Source of the DNA: Lytechinus pictus
Taxonomy: Eukaryota
Reading direction: 5' to 3'
Assembly: GCF_037042905.1 (NCBI RefSeq)
Contig: NC_087250.1
Coordinates: forward strand, 21,888,001-21,952,000
Length of the DNA stretch: 64,000 nt
Positions 53,401 through 63,656 of the stretch are shown here, piece by piece. Numbering within the stretch: the stretch's first letter is position 1; every line of letters begins with the position of its first letter. Position numbers and translations under genes: made by a program. The notes under the pieces were generated by a model, which was not told the origin of the DNA, made no database searches, and saw nothing but the letters and a program-made list of their open reading frames with translations.

Positions 53401-55300
53401 TTGGGACATTGCGTGGTCGGTATATCGGCAACAATCGCCTTAAGTCAACTGACAAGCGAGCAGACCTTCAACCTATTGTTCGGATTTGGCATGAGCGGGT
53501 TCGGCTTGGGTATGGTTCTTTTACCACTCCTAGCTGAGCTCTTGGGTGAAGTCTACGGCTGGAGAGTTGGCCTACTCATTCTTGGTTGCCTAATGGGTCA
53601 CCTAATTCCTTGCGCAGTTGCAATAAGACTACCCGTAACCGGAAGTCGACCGGTGGACCAAAGCGCGATTTACCAAGAACTTGAGCATCGTGGAGATTCT
53701 GAGGAAAGTATAGCAAACAGCTGTTCAAACGAGGAAGAAGAAATCGCTCCATTATGCCCTAGAGGTGCAGACTACAATCAGGCAGCTGTTGGTGAATCTT
53801 CAATATACTCTTCATTAGTCAACGGAGTTGAGATGGAATCACGTGAAAATGAAACGAGTGCAAGGCAAACCCTTGGGAAATTACGTGATAGTTTTTACCG
53901 GTCTGATTTTTACAGGGACCCTGTTTTTAATTTTATATTACTTACTTCCATCATGTTGGGAGTCGTCTACTGCGGCTGGCATTCATTTCTGGTACCCCAT
54001 GCATTCCAGAGAGGTTATTCAGTCCGTGCTACGATACTGATGACATTCTGTGCATCAGTAGGAAATTTTCTAGGAAGACTCTTGGCAGGCGCCCTCTCCG
54101 GTCGCCTCGCAAATCCAGTCACCCTGTGCCTCGGTGCTACGCTTTTGAATGCCCTTTCAATTTTGTGTGATGCATTTCTTCAAAATTACCATGTGATGAT
54201 CGTTACGGCGTGTACATCTGCTATATGTATTGCTGGAATATCTGTCCTTTCGCCTCTATCAGTGAAGAAGAGAGCATCACCTGAAAGCTTTGATGTTGCA
54301 TTCGCAGTCAACGATCTATTTTTTGGCCTTGGTACCTTTTTCGGGGGCTACCTATCAGGTAATGCTTAGAAAAGATTATTTTTGTAGGAACATACCGTCT
54401 TTACCGGACCACCTCTTCAATTATTAAAACCGCATTCTCATCCCCCCTCTCTTTGACACACACACCAACACCTGCACATCCCACACACGCATGTACCCTC
54501 CCTCATACAACAAACAAACCTCACCATCAATGCATACGAAAGTTTACTGCAACATGTTAGTACTCGTTGGATTAAAATTGGTAGGAAAATTTTAATGATT
54601 TCTTAGATATTCATCAATAAAAATGTAAAGCCCATTTTATGCTGATTTAACAAGAAATCATGTAGGTCTTTATCACAAACTTACAAGCAACTTTATGAAA
54701 CACCCAACGGCATCAGGACGATCAAATTAACGGATCCCAATTATATTTTTGAACTTGACTTGCATTTCCAAGACTTGATAGATCGGGCTTAATTTGGTCT
54801 TGAGTGGGCTTGATCAGGCTTGATCACGCATGAACGTGATTGGTCGGGTTTCAAATGGCTTGAATATTTAAAGCTGGCAGTTTGAAACTATCAAGACATC
54901 TGCGTGCAGGATAATAAGGTAATAAGGCCGTGATAAACCAGGGTAATTCTCATCTTCTGAAGAGCGCTTAAAGACTTCCGGTTCCGTAACAGGATGAACT
55001 GAGTTTACACAAAACAATTCAAGCGCAAGTCCAGAATGTTCGTTTTGATTGTATTGGTCAAACATACAGAAGTTTCATTGCAACTCTTTTTGCACCCCCC
55101 CCCCCCCCCCCATTAAGCAAGTATTAAAGCGATGCATAATTATTATCATTTTGGCTACATTTTTTCTCCATACCGCAGGTGTCGTTGGCGGAGTCTTCTT
55201 GTCATACGATGCAATATTCAAGTTTCTTGGTGGTGTACAAATCTTGGCCTTTGTTCTAATGCTACCATATGCTGTGTTTAAGAAACCAACCGAACTTTGA
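31178..55300 (+). CDS. SLC16/monocarboxylate transporter family MFS protein, 4 coding exons, 476 aa
   Basis: Exons 31178-31382, 50493-50636, 53399-54358, 55179-55300. All introns are GT-AG phase 1 and the 1431 nt total is an open frame. Hydrophobic helices flank a large polar central loop; MCT-like motifs GTVKSIGIYL, YGWRVGLLILG and GNFLGRLLAG. The orthologue cannot be assigned by eye. Confidence 0.88.
32836..34330. mobile_element. Truncated hAT-like non-autonomous element (caggggc.gatc family) with a nested SINE
   Basis: Terminus caggggcagatctagctttcgccaat matches the reverse complement of 46640-46666; repeated gcgagcgcgaagcgcg motifs. Confidence 0.65.
33356..33580 (+). mobile_element. 5'-truncated SINE with the same body as 25530 but an L2-type tail
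   Basis: Collinear with 25590-25740, then gagcgccttgagcacc..gtgcgctatacaaatcctatatt. Confidence 0.8.
34335..38850 (-). pseudogene. L1/Tx1 ORF2 (APE endonuclease, RT, C-terminal Cys/His domain) with many frameshifts and stops
   Basis: TFNCRGI, FLQETH, DFNA, SRLD, SDH, WKLN, RWAEEGEKSSKY, KSPGLDG, GIVQGCPISP, LLADD, FIWGG, GGLKM and CSLC..ETYVHLFIEC occur in the expected order. Confidence 0.92.
37068..37888. mobile_element. Tc1/mariner-like foldback MITE with about 340-bp TIRs inserted in L1 ORF2
   Basis: ta|cagtgcgtccc ... gggacgcactg|ta; long inverted arms. Confidence 0.9.
39810..43594 (+). mobile_element. CR1/L2-group (Crack/Daphne-like) LINE with PHD finger, endonuclease and RT, inactivated
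   Basis: PHD C4HC3 at 40173-40340. EN motifs HLNIRSL, LNET, RNRNGGGVAIY, YRPP, GDVN, LIDH, SDH. RT motifs NYRPISIL, DLRKAFDTV, GVPQGSILGP, YADDT. Stops near 41917, 42079 and 42937; (AAAT)n tail at about 43568-43594. The 5' end is inferred from interruption of a host repeat. Confidence 0.9.
44171..47836 (-). pseudogene. L1/Tx1 ORF1 (coiled coil, RRM, CTD) split by a 2.7-kb insertion
   Basis: LQNRSRRCNLVIFGLPE, IERVHR, PRRIHVAF, VFVAEDLS and YPDKL motifs. Removing 44475-47190 restores ERVHRTSTRPVSHPGQPRQPRR in frame. Confidence 0.9.
44475..47184. mobile_element. TAT..ATA TIR element with 6-bp TSD (IS3EU-like), composite interior
   Basis: TIR tatggtggccctgaagggacatcgcaaata / tatttgcgatgtcccttcagggccaccata; ggaaac at 44469-44474 and 47185-47190. 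Confidence 0.85.
47973..48906. mobile_element. TTAA-flanked non-autonomous DNA transposon (Kolobok-like)
   Basis: ttaa|ggacgttccacagtta ... taactgtggaacgtcc|ttaa. Confidence 0.85.
49386..49960. mobile_element. Palindromic TTAA-flanked MITE (Kolobok-like)
   Basis: Long imperfect inverted arms with ttaa on both sides; same family as 61541-62124. Confidence 0.8.
50493..50636 (+). CDS. SLC16-like exon 2 (APLIVALYR...VCLSIS)
   Basis: Pyrimidine tract + tctag acceptor, tg|gtaag donor; in frame with exons 1 and 3. Confidence 0.87.
50929..52552. mobile_element. hAT-type non-autonomous element inserted into a minus-strand SINE, SLC16 intron 2
   Basis: TIR cagcggcgtaacagg / cctgttacgccactg; perfect 8-bp TSD aatggctt; SINE halves at about 50800-50928 and 52553-52608. 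Confidence 0.88.
53399..54358 (+). CDS. SLC16-like exon 3 (960 nt)
   Basis: ttgacag acceptor, cag|gtaatg donor; corresponds to ORF 53392-54369. Confidence 0.92.
55179..55300 (+). CDS. SLC16-like exon 4, terminal (GVVGGVFLSYDAIFKF...KPTEL*)
   Basis: ccgcag acceptor; last TM helix with an SY motif; TGA ending at 55300. Confidence 0.85.
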
Positions 55301-55753
55301 GTTAAGTCCATCATGCATAAATCGCCACGCCAATTATGAATCGCAAATGAATCCCTATTATTTTGCTATGTTTTTACAACTAGTTCTCGGGGTGTTTAAC
55401 TACAGTATATATACCTAAGCCTGACTTAACTTTGACTTGTATTTCAAATAATTGTGTATTGTAAGTATTTGAGTGAACCATGTATACCCGAGTTGGAATT
55501 ATTTCCTCATGTTGACATTTTTTCATTGTTTTGTTCTGTGTACATACATTGTATCTACATGTGTGTAAACCAGTGAAAAAAATAATATCCTTTATAGACA
55601 ATGAAGTTATTCAATTCAATATTCAGTTCAATGTTTCACAAAGATTTAAGTATGACTTAAGTCGTGCTTAAATGTTGCCGCGTACACGACATGCAACGCG
55701 CAATCTTATTGATCAATACGGTGTAGTGTGCGTCCTCTTGGCATGATCATAAC

Positions 55754-56303
55754 CCCGGGGGGGCCACTTACATTGACGAGTGGATACCATGCGCGACCAA
55801 AAAAACACGTAAAAAGGATGTCCTTTTCACGATAGGGCACGTTACGTACGTAACGTGAAAAGGGTATCAAAAACACAAAAATAATGAAAAAAGGGTGTCT
55901 ATTTCGCTAGGAAAATTACGTGTTTAGGGTCGAATTTGCGGGAATGATAAAACAAAATTAAAATGTTTTATAAAGGATGTCCATTTTGCCCCAACACTTC
56001 GTGTTTAGAGTCCGATTTGCGCGAGGTGTAGAAGGTGGGGTCGTACTAAACCAAATAAGGTAAAGCCGATGACCGAAGGACCCGTACAATAAAACATTCC
56101 TGTACTTGTTTAGGGGTTCATTTCAGGGAATATTTGCCAAGAGTATCGTTTTGTTTCCAATACTTGTTAAGGGTATGGTTTCACACGCCAATACTTGTTA
56201 AGGGGTGCATTTTCAGAATATGGAAATTACGTGTTTAGGATGCTTTTCGAGACCCCATGGTCGCGCATGGTATCCACTCGTGAATGGAAGTGGCCCCCCC
56301 GGG
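55754..56303. mobile_element. 550-bp CCCGGG-terminated MITE with 8-bp TSD
   Basis: TIR cccggggggggccactt..gagtggataccatgcgcgacca; TSD atcataac on both sides. Confidence 0.88.
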
Positions 56304-58758
56304 ATCATAACCAATGCGGTGATGTCTTCTATACCGCGCACAACATTTAAGTGCAACTCTAAATCTTACTTAAATTTTTGTGAAACACCACCTTGATTGA
56401 TCAAGACCAAACATGATGTATTAAGCTTGGTATGTCTTTCCTAACTAGACGAATCGAAGTTAATTTATCATCATTATTACAAATTAATTAAAAAAATGTG
56501 TTCACGTTGGCGTGGATGGTTCACGTCAAAGGAATGCTCAATTACTAAATCACATAATAATCCTTAGGTATATGATTTTATACAAATTTGGAAAGAAAAT
56601 CTACCGACCCTTAACCAGAGTAAGGCAAAAATACAAGAAGATAGACTAAAAGAAAGAATATTAACTGAACAGAATGGTTTACTTAAAAAAAAATTGTTTT
56701 ACAAAATGAGACAAGTTGATTTTCCAGGGATGTAGAGGCAAAATAAGTATGCAGTAATTAAACACTCTAAATATGGAGCTGGGGCCTGTAACACAAAGTT
56801 TAGCGACTAATCGCTAAATGAAATCGCCTATGAAGATCATAGTTGTATGCGCATTTTGCTCAGTAGACTTACTAGGAACCAATCAAAATCGCTCTTTCAT
56901 ATTAGCGATTAATCGCTAACCTTTGTGTTAAGGGGCCCTAGTTTGGTCCCTGGTCACACTCTTCTCAGAGTAGGACGGGGGCCGTCGTTTTGGGGTAGGG
57001 TTTGCATATTTTTGGGGTGCATTGTGGCTCCTTCTGGAGTGAAAATGTTTAAAGATATACACTGCTCACTCCAGAGGGCAGGGCGGCGGAACGTCTTTTC
57101 GTTTGGAGGGGGGGGGGGGGGGGCAAAACCAAAAAAGGGCACGCAGATATCAAAGTTGTCATTTTGGTGCAAACATATATTCTCACCATGAGATTATCAT
57201 CTGCGTGAAGTAGATGTGTGTTTTGCAGTAAGCAAGTTAAGCAAAGCCTTTTTCAAGTGATTTCTGTTTAATGACATATACATTTAGGCTTTATTTTCCG
57301 CGAGCGGTGTGATACTTGCCGATTTCGTCAAATATAGCGTTAATTATTGATAGCTATCCTCGCGAAATGTTGCGAGCTCGAATCGCTAGCTCAAACTTTT
57401 GGACATTTCATTTAATAAGACATGAAAACTAAACTTCCAAGCAGTTTTTGTTGTCATTAAAAAGTTGTGTATATGACTAAAGAATTGAGGCGACCAGAAA
57501 AGGGATCTGACAAGGACTGCATTTAGTGACTGATTGATAAGATGCATAACTATCTCACCACAATGCGAGCGCGAGATGATAATTTGTGATAATCCAACCT
57601 GAAAATTGGTCATTTTAAGCATTTTTGAAATCATGAAAAAAATAGTCTCCTATTATACAAAATGGATGCGAGCGTAAAACGCGAGTCAAAATTTGTGATA
57701 TTCTAACATGAAAACTGGACATTCTAAGCACTTGTTGTAAGCAAAAACAAAATGAGTACCTTTTTAAAAAACAATTCCAGCGCAAAACGTGGGCCAAAAA
57801 ATGGTGATATTCCATCCTGAAAACTAGACATTCTAAGCATTTTTGCAACCAAGGGCAGAATGAATATCTTACTAAACAATAATTGATGCAAGCGCGAAAT
57901 TTTTGTGACTTTCTAAACTTAAAATGTGTTGTTTATCTTCCAAATGCAATGTTAAAAAAACCGTGATTTTACAGAAAAAGGAAGATTTTGCAGATAGCAA
58001 TAACAGAATCATTTTGTAAATTCATAAAACAGGAATTTTTCTGCTATTTAACAGAACATGTCTGTTTAAAAAGGGGAAAAGGGTGTTTTATTTAAGGAAA
58101 TTTGTAAGATTCCATACACCAAATTTCCTGTAAGATTACGCAATCTGGTATTAAAGATTACAGGTGTTCTCGATACTCTGCTGCAGGAACTTTTTTATTT
58201 CAAGGATAAATTTTCTAACAGTGTGGGTATTTAATTATTTTTCCTACGATAATTATAATTATAATTATTATTATTATTTTTTTTTTTTTTGGGGGGAGGG
58301 GGCAAGTGCCCTCGTCTGACCCCGGTTCCGCCACCCCTGCCAGTGGGAGCCATAGTGCTCTCTAGGGGGATATGGGTCCCGCTTTCTGAATGACTGTCCC
58401 CTCGTCTCGTTCTAGGAGGGGTGTGATTGGGGACCGGATAGGCTCTTTGCAATCCGAAGATTCAGAAGCAAGTTTGATCTGAACGTGTGCAGTTATTTGT
58501 TCTGTAAACGCTGCTCTCACTCACCGCTACACACACAGTCACACACCCACCCACCCTCATCGTCTTTTCATTTGACGCTATATGTGTGTGTAGCTGTGCA
58601 CGGTAAGTGTACTGTGTTTTCCGAACGAATAACTACAAACTTCCAGATCTAGACTAGGTAGAATGCAGATTGGGAGGGAGGGTAGGCTAGGGTTTAGGGG
58701 AGGGTAGCAGGCCGCGCTTCCTGAGCTGGGAATGGATGCTAGGGCAGTTTGGATGGGA

Positions 58759-59324
58759 CCCGGGGGGCCACTTCCACTGACGAGTGGATACCATGCGCGA
58801 CCAAGGGGTCTCGAAAAGCACCCTAAACACGTATTTTCCATATTCTGAAAATGCACCCCTTAACAAGTATTGGCGTCTGAAACCCTACCCTTAACAAATA
58901 TTGGAAACAAAAGATACTCCTGACAAGTATTCCCTGAAATGAACCCCTAAACAAGTACAGCGATATTTTATTGTTAAAACGGTCCGTCGGTCGTCGGTTT
59001 AACCTTTACAATTTACACACCATTTGGTTTAGTACGGCCCCAGCTTCCACACCTAGGGCAAATCGGATTCTAAACACGTAGTGTTGGGGCAAAAAGGACA
59101 TCCTTTATAAAACATTTTAATTTTGTTTTATCATCCCCGCAAAGTTGACCCTAAACACGTAGCTTTCCTAGCGAAATAGATACCCTTTTTTCATTATTTT
59201 TGTGTTTTTGACACCCTTATCACGTTACGTACGTAACGTGCCCTATCTTGAAAAAGACATCCTTTTTACGTGTTTTTTTGGTCGCGCATGGTATCCACTC
59301 GTCAATGTAAGTGGCCCCCCCGGG
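58759..59324. mobile_element. Second CCCGGG-terminated MITE, inverted relative to 55754-56303
   Basis: Reverse complement of the first copy along its length; own TSD ggatggga at 58751-58758 and 59325-59332. Confidence 0.88.
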
Positions 59325-60059
59325 GGATGGGAGGATGTATGATTCTTTGTGATACTCATTCAATTTTATTTGATTCGATTGCTTCGCTGTAAATTCATTT
59401 GATGTTATGTTCTGTATTCTTTAGTCCAGGTATCAATAGTTCTAGATTATGTAAATGTTACATTCTGTAACTTTTGTAACTCATGCATTTATGCTTATGC
59501 TCAAAATAATTTCTGGTACGTTATCTTTTTTATATATTTTCTATCAGATTGTGTGTTATGTATAATGTTTCAGATTACGTATGTGTTTTGAACTGAATGA
59601 TCGATAAAGGCTACTAAAAAAAACCATCATAGTTGGTTGATGGATTCCGGTGGCGGGTCTAGCCGGATCGGATATACCGTGCGAGTCAATTTTGCTAATT
59701 GGACATGGTCGATGGGCGTAAAATAGAAATAAATTGAAAGGGGTAATGGATGTAAAGAATGAGAGGGTCCGAGAGGGGGGCAGAGATAGTTAGATAGATA
59801 GATAGATAGATAGATGGATGGATAGATAAATAGATAAATATATACATTGATGGATGGATAGATAGATAGAGAGATATAGAGAGGCAGAGAAAGTGAGAGA
59901 AAAGGAGAAAGAGAAGGACAGAAATAAAGGAAGAAGGAAAGTAAGAAAGACAAAGAGAAAGGAAGAAAAGAAAGGAAGGGAAGAAGGAAGAAGAAGAAGA
60001 GAGAGAAGAGATGGAAAATAAAGGCATTTGAATTTTTCTTCTCGCATTATTAATTACAG

Positions 60060-60197
60060 AGGAAGTGAGACTTTCACACAAAGCCTTACAGGGGGCGCTA
60101 ATGATCTCTTTCTATCGTAATGAGACGAGGTTCCAGCAATCATTCTAATTCCTAACTAAACTCATTCATGTGGACGCCTATGTGAAGAAGTGGCGAT
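60060..60197 (+). pseudogene. TDO2: Orphan duplicate of TDO exon 8 with a premature stop
   Basis: 126/138 nt identical to 10918-11055, with intact ag/gt sites; CAA>TAA at 60146-60148. Flanking intron (about 59690-60430) is also homologous to 10441-11270. Confidence 0.92.
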
Positions 60198-60693
60198 GTA
60201 AGATAACTAAATTACATTATCACCAGCCTTACTGGAAAGAACACAGTGTCATCTAGTGTGTATCACAGTGTGATCACAATGTGAAATCACTCTCAGCATT
60301 TCAGCCGTGTGAATCACATAGTCGACCGTGTAAACACACTGAACAGTCACACTGTTGAGGTGTCCACAATATGAAAATATCTCAACACTGTTGAGGTGTC
60401 CACATTTTAACAGTGTGATTGATGTTTTCACATAGTCCCTCCCTTTTCTTTTTCCCCCTTTTTTTTTTCCCCCGATGAAATCCGCCAGGCCCCCCCCCCC
60501 CCCGCGCCTGTTACGCCACTGAATCATGCATATGTAAATGATGTGTCTCTATTGTGAAGAAATAAGTTGCAGCAATAAACATCTGTAATCTATTTATGGG
60601 CATGATTGATAAATGAAACTATTGAATATATCTAATTCAAGAAATCTAATTCCATCATGATTATATACGTTTATCTGTTCATAAACTCCTTCT

Positions 60694-60950
60694 CACTAGC
60701 GTACCTACGGGGGGGGGGGACAGAGGGGGAAGACTGCCCCCCTGACGAGTCACAACCCATGCAAGGGACATATCCCTGCCCCCCCCCCCCCCCCCGACGA
60801 ATCTTGAAGACTTTTTTTTTGTTTTGCTTGTCAAATTTTTTGACGGACGAGATCCGTTATTTGTGGTTGAAGATCTTCTTTTTTTTTTGCTTGTCAAATT
60901 TTTTGGCGGACGAATTTGCCCCCCTGTGGAAAATCCTAGGTACGCCACTG
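60694..60950. mobile_element. hAT-type MITE
   Basis: Termini cactagcgtaccta / taggtacgccactg; 8-bp TSD ctccttct. Confidence 0.82.
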
Positions 60951-61107
60951 CTCCTTCTCTTTGCTGTATAGATTCATGATTCAGGATCAGCAACGTATGT
61001 GGGTGTGGGTGTACTAGACAATACCCATATGGCAGTACGGTTCCCAACTTGTACTCCCAAATGCCTTTAGAAGTTAATTTTCACCATACTGCCATATGGG
61101 TCTTGTC

Positions 61108-61273
61108 TAGTCTGCAGGCACAGACCGTGATTGAAACGTTGATCAACAAGTGTGTCTCCACGCAAAGACTAGCACATACAAAACTTGCTGGGGAGAGGGC
61201 CTTCAGTACACAAGGCATGAGTAGGCTGCAATTCAGACCCTTTACTCGAGTGAAGGGTTTGCACAGCAGACTA
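61108..61273. mobile_element. 166-bp TAG..CTA MITE with 9-bp TSD (AcademH-like)
   Basis: tagtctgc ... gcagacta; TSD ggtcttgtc at 61099-61107 and 61274-61282. Confidence 0.75.
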
Positions 61274-61540
61274 GGTCTTGTCTATGTTGTAAACATGTTG
61301 GTGGCCTTCACTTGCGCGCGCGCGTGTGTGTGTGTGTGTGTGTAGTCAGCCATATCACCTCACAGACTTTAATCCCGTTAAAGCGCTGTGTGTTTTTCTC
61401 ATCGCGTTTTTTCCCCCATCAATTGACAAGTATCTTGCCTTTCAAGGTGTTCTATAGATGTCTAGCTCCCGTGCCCTCTGTGGCTGGAATCACCTGGTGG
61501 GTGTTTCATAAAGCTGTTCGTAAATCAAGAGCGGCCTTAA

Positions 61541-62124
61541 AGGAGAATGAAACTCTTGGAGCAAGTTAGCTTTTGTGAAAGCAGAAAAATCAAAGAATAA
61601 GATCAACAAAAGTTTGAGTAAAATAGGACTAGCAATAGAAGAGTTATGAGCATTTGAATGTCGAGATCACTAATGCTATGGAGATCCTCCTATTGGCAAC
61701 GCAACCAAGATCTATGATATCACAGATGAACAACTCTCCCCTTTTGGACACTGAAAATATACCCCAAAACATCTCTTTTTGCTCATTCTAATCATATGAC
61801 GAACGATTCATCAATGATATAATGTTGTGAAACCTCAGTACTTGTCCTCTCATAAAGAGAACACATCACCTTGTGATAGATTCTATAAAAGTGAGAATAT
61901 AAGTGAAATAAGTACTAAAGCAATGAGGGAGTTGTACGTGTGTGACATCACAGATCTTGGTCGCATTGCCAATGGGAGGATCTACATGGCATTAGTGATC
62001 TCAATATTCAAATGCTCGTAACTTTCTTATTATTCATTCAATCTTCCTCAAACTTTCAACAATATGTTTCTTTGATTTTTCTCTTTGATATTGATTCAGC
62101 TGGTTTCAAGAGTTTCATTCTCCT
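61541..62124. mobile_element. Palindromic TTAA-flanked MITE (Kolobok-like), nested in another MITE (about 61497-62265)
   Basis: ttaa|aggagaatgaaactcttg ... caagagtttcattctcct|ttaa. Confidence 0.85.
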
Positions 62125-62393
62125 TTAAGGACGACTGGTGATCCCTTATTGTGGTAAATGGTATTCACCAAAATGTTTATTGGCGATGGTTAAGCAAGTG
62201 TAAGAAAGGATCACCAGTAGTTCTTAAACTCGCCTTAACTTACGAACACTTTTATGACCCCCCCCCCCCCGACACTTTACGCGGACTGTATAGCTGATTA
62301 TAGTGCTCTAGACAACAATTAATTATATCTTCGATACGGAACTACTTTATCAGACGTAAACTCCACGACATCTGATCGCATCGTATATTCAAA

Positions 62394-62410
62394 ATGGCAG
62401 CCAATAACCG
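62394..62410 (+). CDS. TDO2: First coding exon of a second TDO paralogue (MAANNR.., partial; remainder not in window)
   Basis: About 62310-62440 aligns with 2360-2490 across 5'UTR, ATG, 17-nt coding part and gtaagactgtta donor. Whether the gene is functional cannot be seen here. Confidence 0.65.
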
Positions 62411-62907
62411 GTAAGACTGTTATTTGTGTATTTTATCAACCAAAGTATTTTCAAAAGATTAGACTGTGGGTATGACTCTCGTCTTTCAATCTAAGGGATG
62501 TTAGTTCGATTCCAAGTCATAGCGTGTATTCATTCAGTCAGAAATATATCCATATTGTGCTGCACTAAATCCGGGTGAGGTGAATAGCAGAGTCAATTTC
62601 ACATCAATTCTTATGTTTATCCATCGAAAATTACAAAGAAAAAAATCCAATTGCTCTTGCTCCCCTTCCTTGTATACCTATTAAAAGACGCACCTGCCTC
62701 TTGCTTGCCACCAGTGATAGTGTCTCATGAAGCTATAAACAGCATGACTTCACAAAATGATGATATTCCGAATACGTTTGGGGTTTCTTTTTAATGTCTT
62801 CAGAAAAATGATTTAACCGGTTTAAACTGTCTCGTTGTATGTTTGCATGTGAATAAAACGAATGTCCATTATGTTAGACAATAACTAAACAATATATATA
62901 ACCAAGA

Positions 62908-63200
62908 TCGGAACCGAGATTTATCGATGATTTGTCAAAATTTAATCACAAATACAATAGGCAAATGACCTATCATTGTAAAAACTGAGAGTCTCTTCTT
63001 TTCATTTGAAATAACTTAGATTATTTATCATTCATACATGAGTGACCAAAATTAATTTGAAGAAAGGAAACCAAAAAGTCACTTGGCGGGCGGTATCTGA
63101 GTTTCAAAATATAAATCACATTTTTAAAAAGTTCAATATCTGCTCTTTAATATGATACCTTAATTACAGAAAGCGGTCAAGAAGTAACAAAGTTCTGTTT
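62908..63200. mobile_element. Single arm of the Tc1-like foldback MITE family
   Basis: Collinear with about 37085-37375. Confidence 0.8.
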
Positions 63201-63487
63201 ATATGAAAATTCAAATTCAATTATACTCATTCAATAATACTCATCAAAAAATCCGAAGACTAACAATGTGAGTTTACATTTAAAAAAAACGTAAGAGAGA
63301 AATGAATAAATAAACATGCAGTGACCATTAAAGAAGAGAACAAATATATATTATGTTTAAAATGCAATAGTAGCATAACAAGAAATTGGATAAGCAGATG
63401 CAAGTAATGAGACAGATTTAATTTATATATTAAAAGAAAGCAGGTGAGGAGCAGGAAAGGGGAGCAAGCAGGGCAATAGTAAGCATG

Positions 63488-63656
63488 CACTGTAAAAAAA
63501 AAATAAGGCGCCAACCCAGCACCCACAGCGCCCGTACAGCGACTGCACCACGAGTGCCGATCTTCAGTGTAAATTCAAAATAGAAAATCAGCACCCGTAG
63601 CGCAGCCACCACACAAGCACTGTAAGTGCCAAATTAGCACCTCATCTCATACAGTG
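63488..63656. mobile_element. Copy of the 5711-5863 palindromic MITE family carrying clustered T>C substitutions
   Basis: cactgtaaaa ... tacagtg termini with tg/tg flanks; aligns along its length to 5711-5863. Confidence 0.85.

Noticed and set aside
58430..59620. Possible LINE 3' end around the second CCCGGG MITE
   Set aside because: Only a compositional impression plus a short A-run; no recognisable protein motif, so not listed as a feature.
60060..62410. Exon-8 copy and exon-1 copy as parts of one TDO gene
   Set aside because: Wrong order on the same strand, and the exon-8 copy has an in-frame stop.
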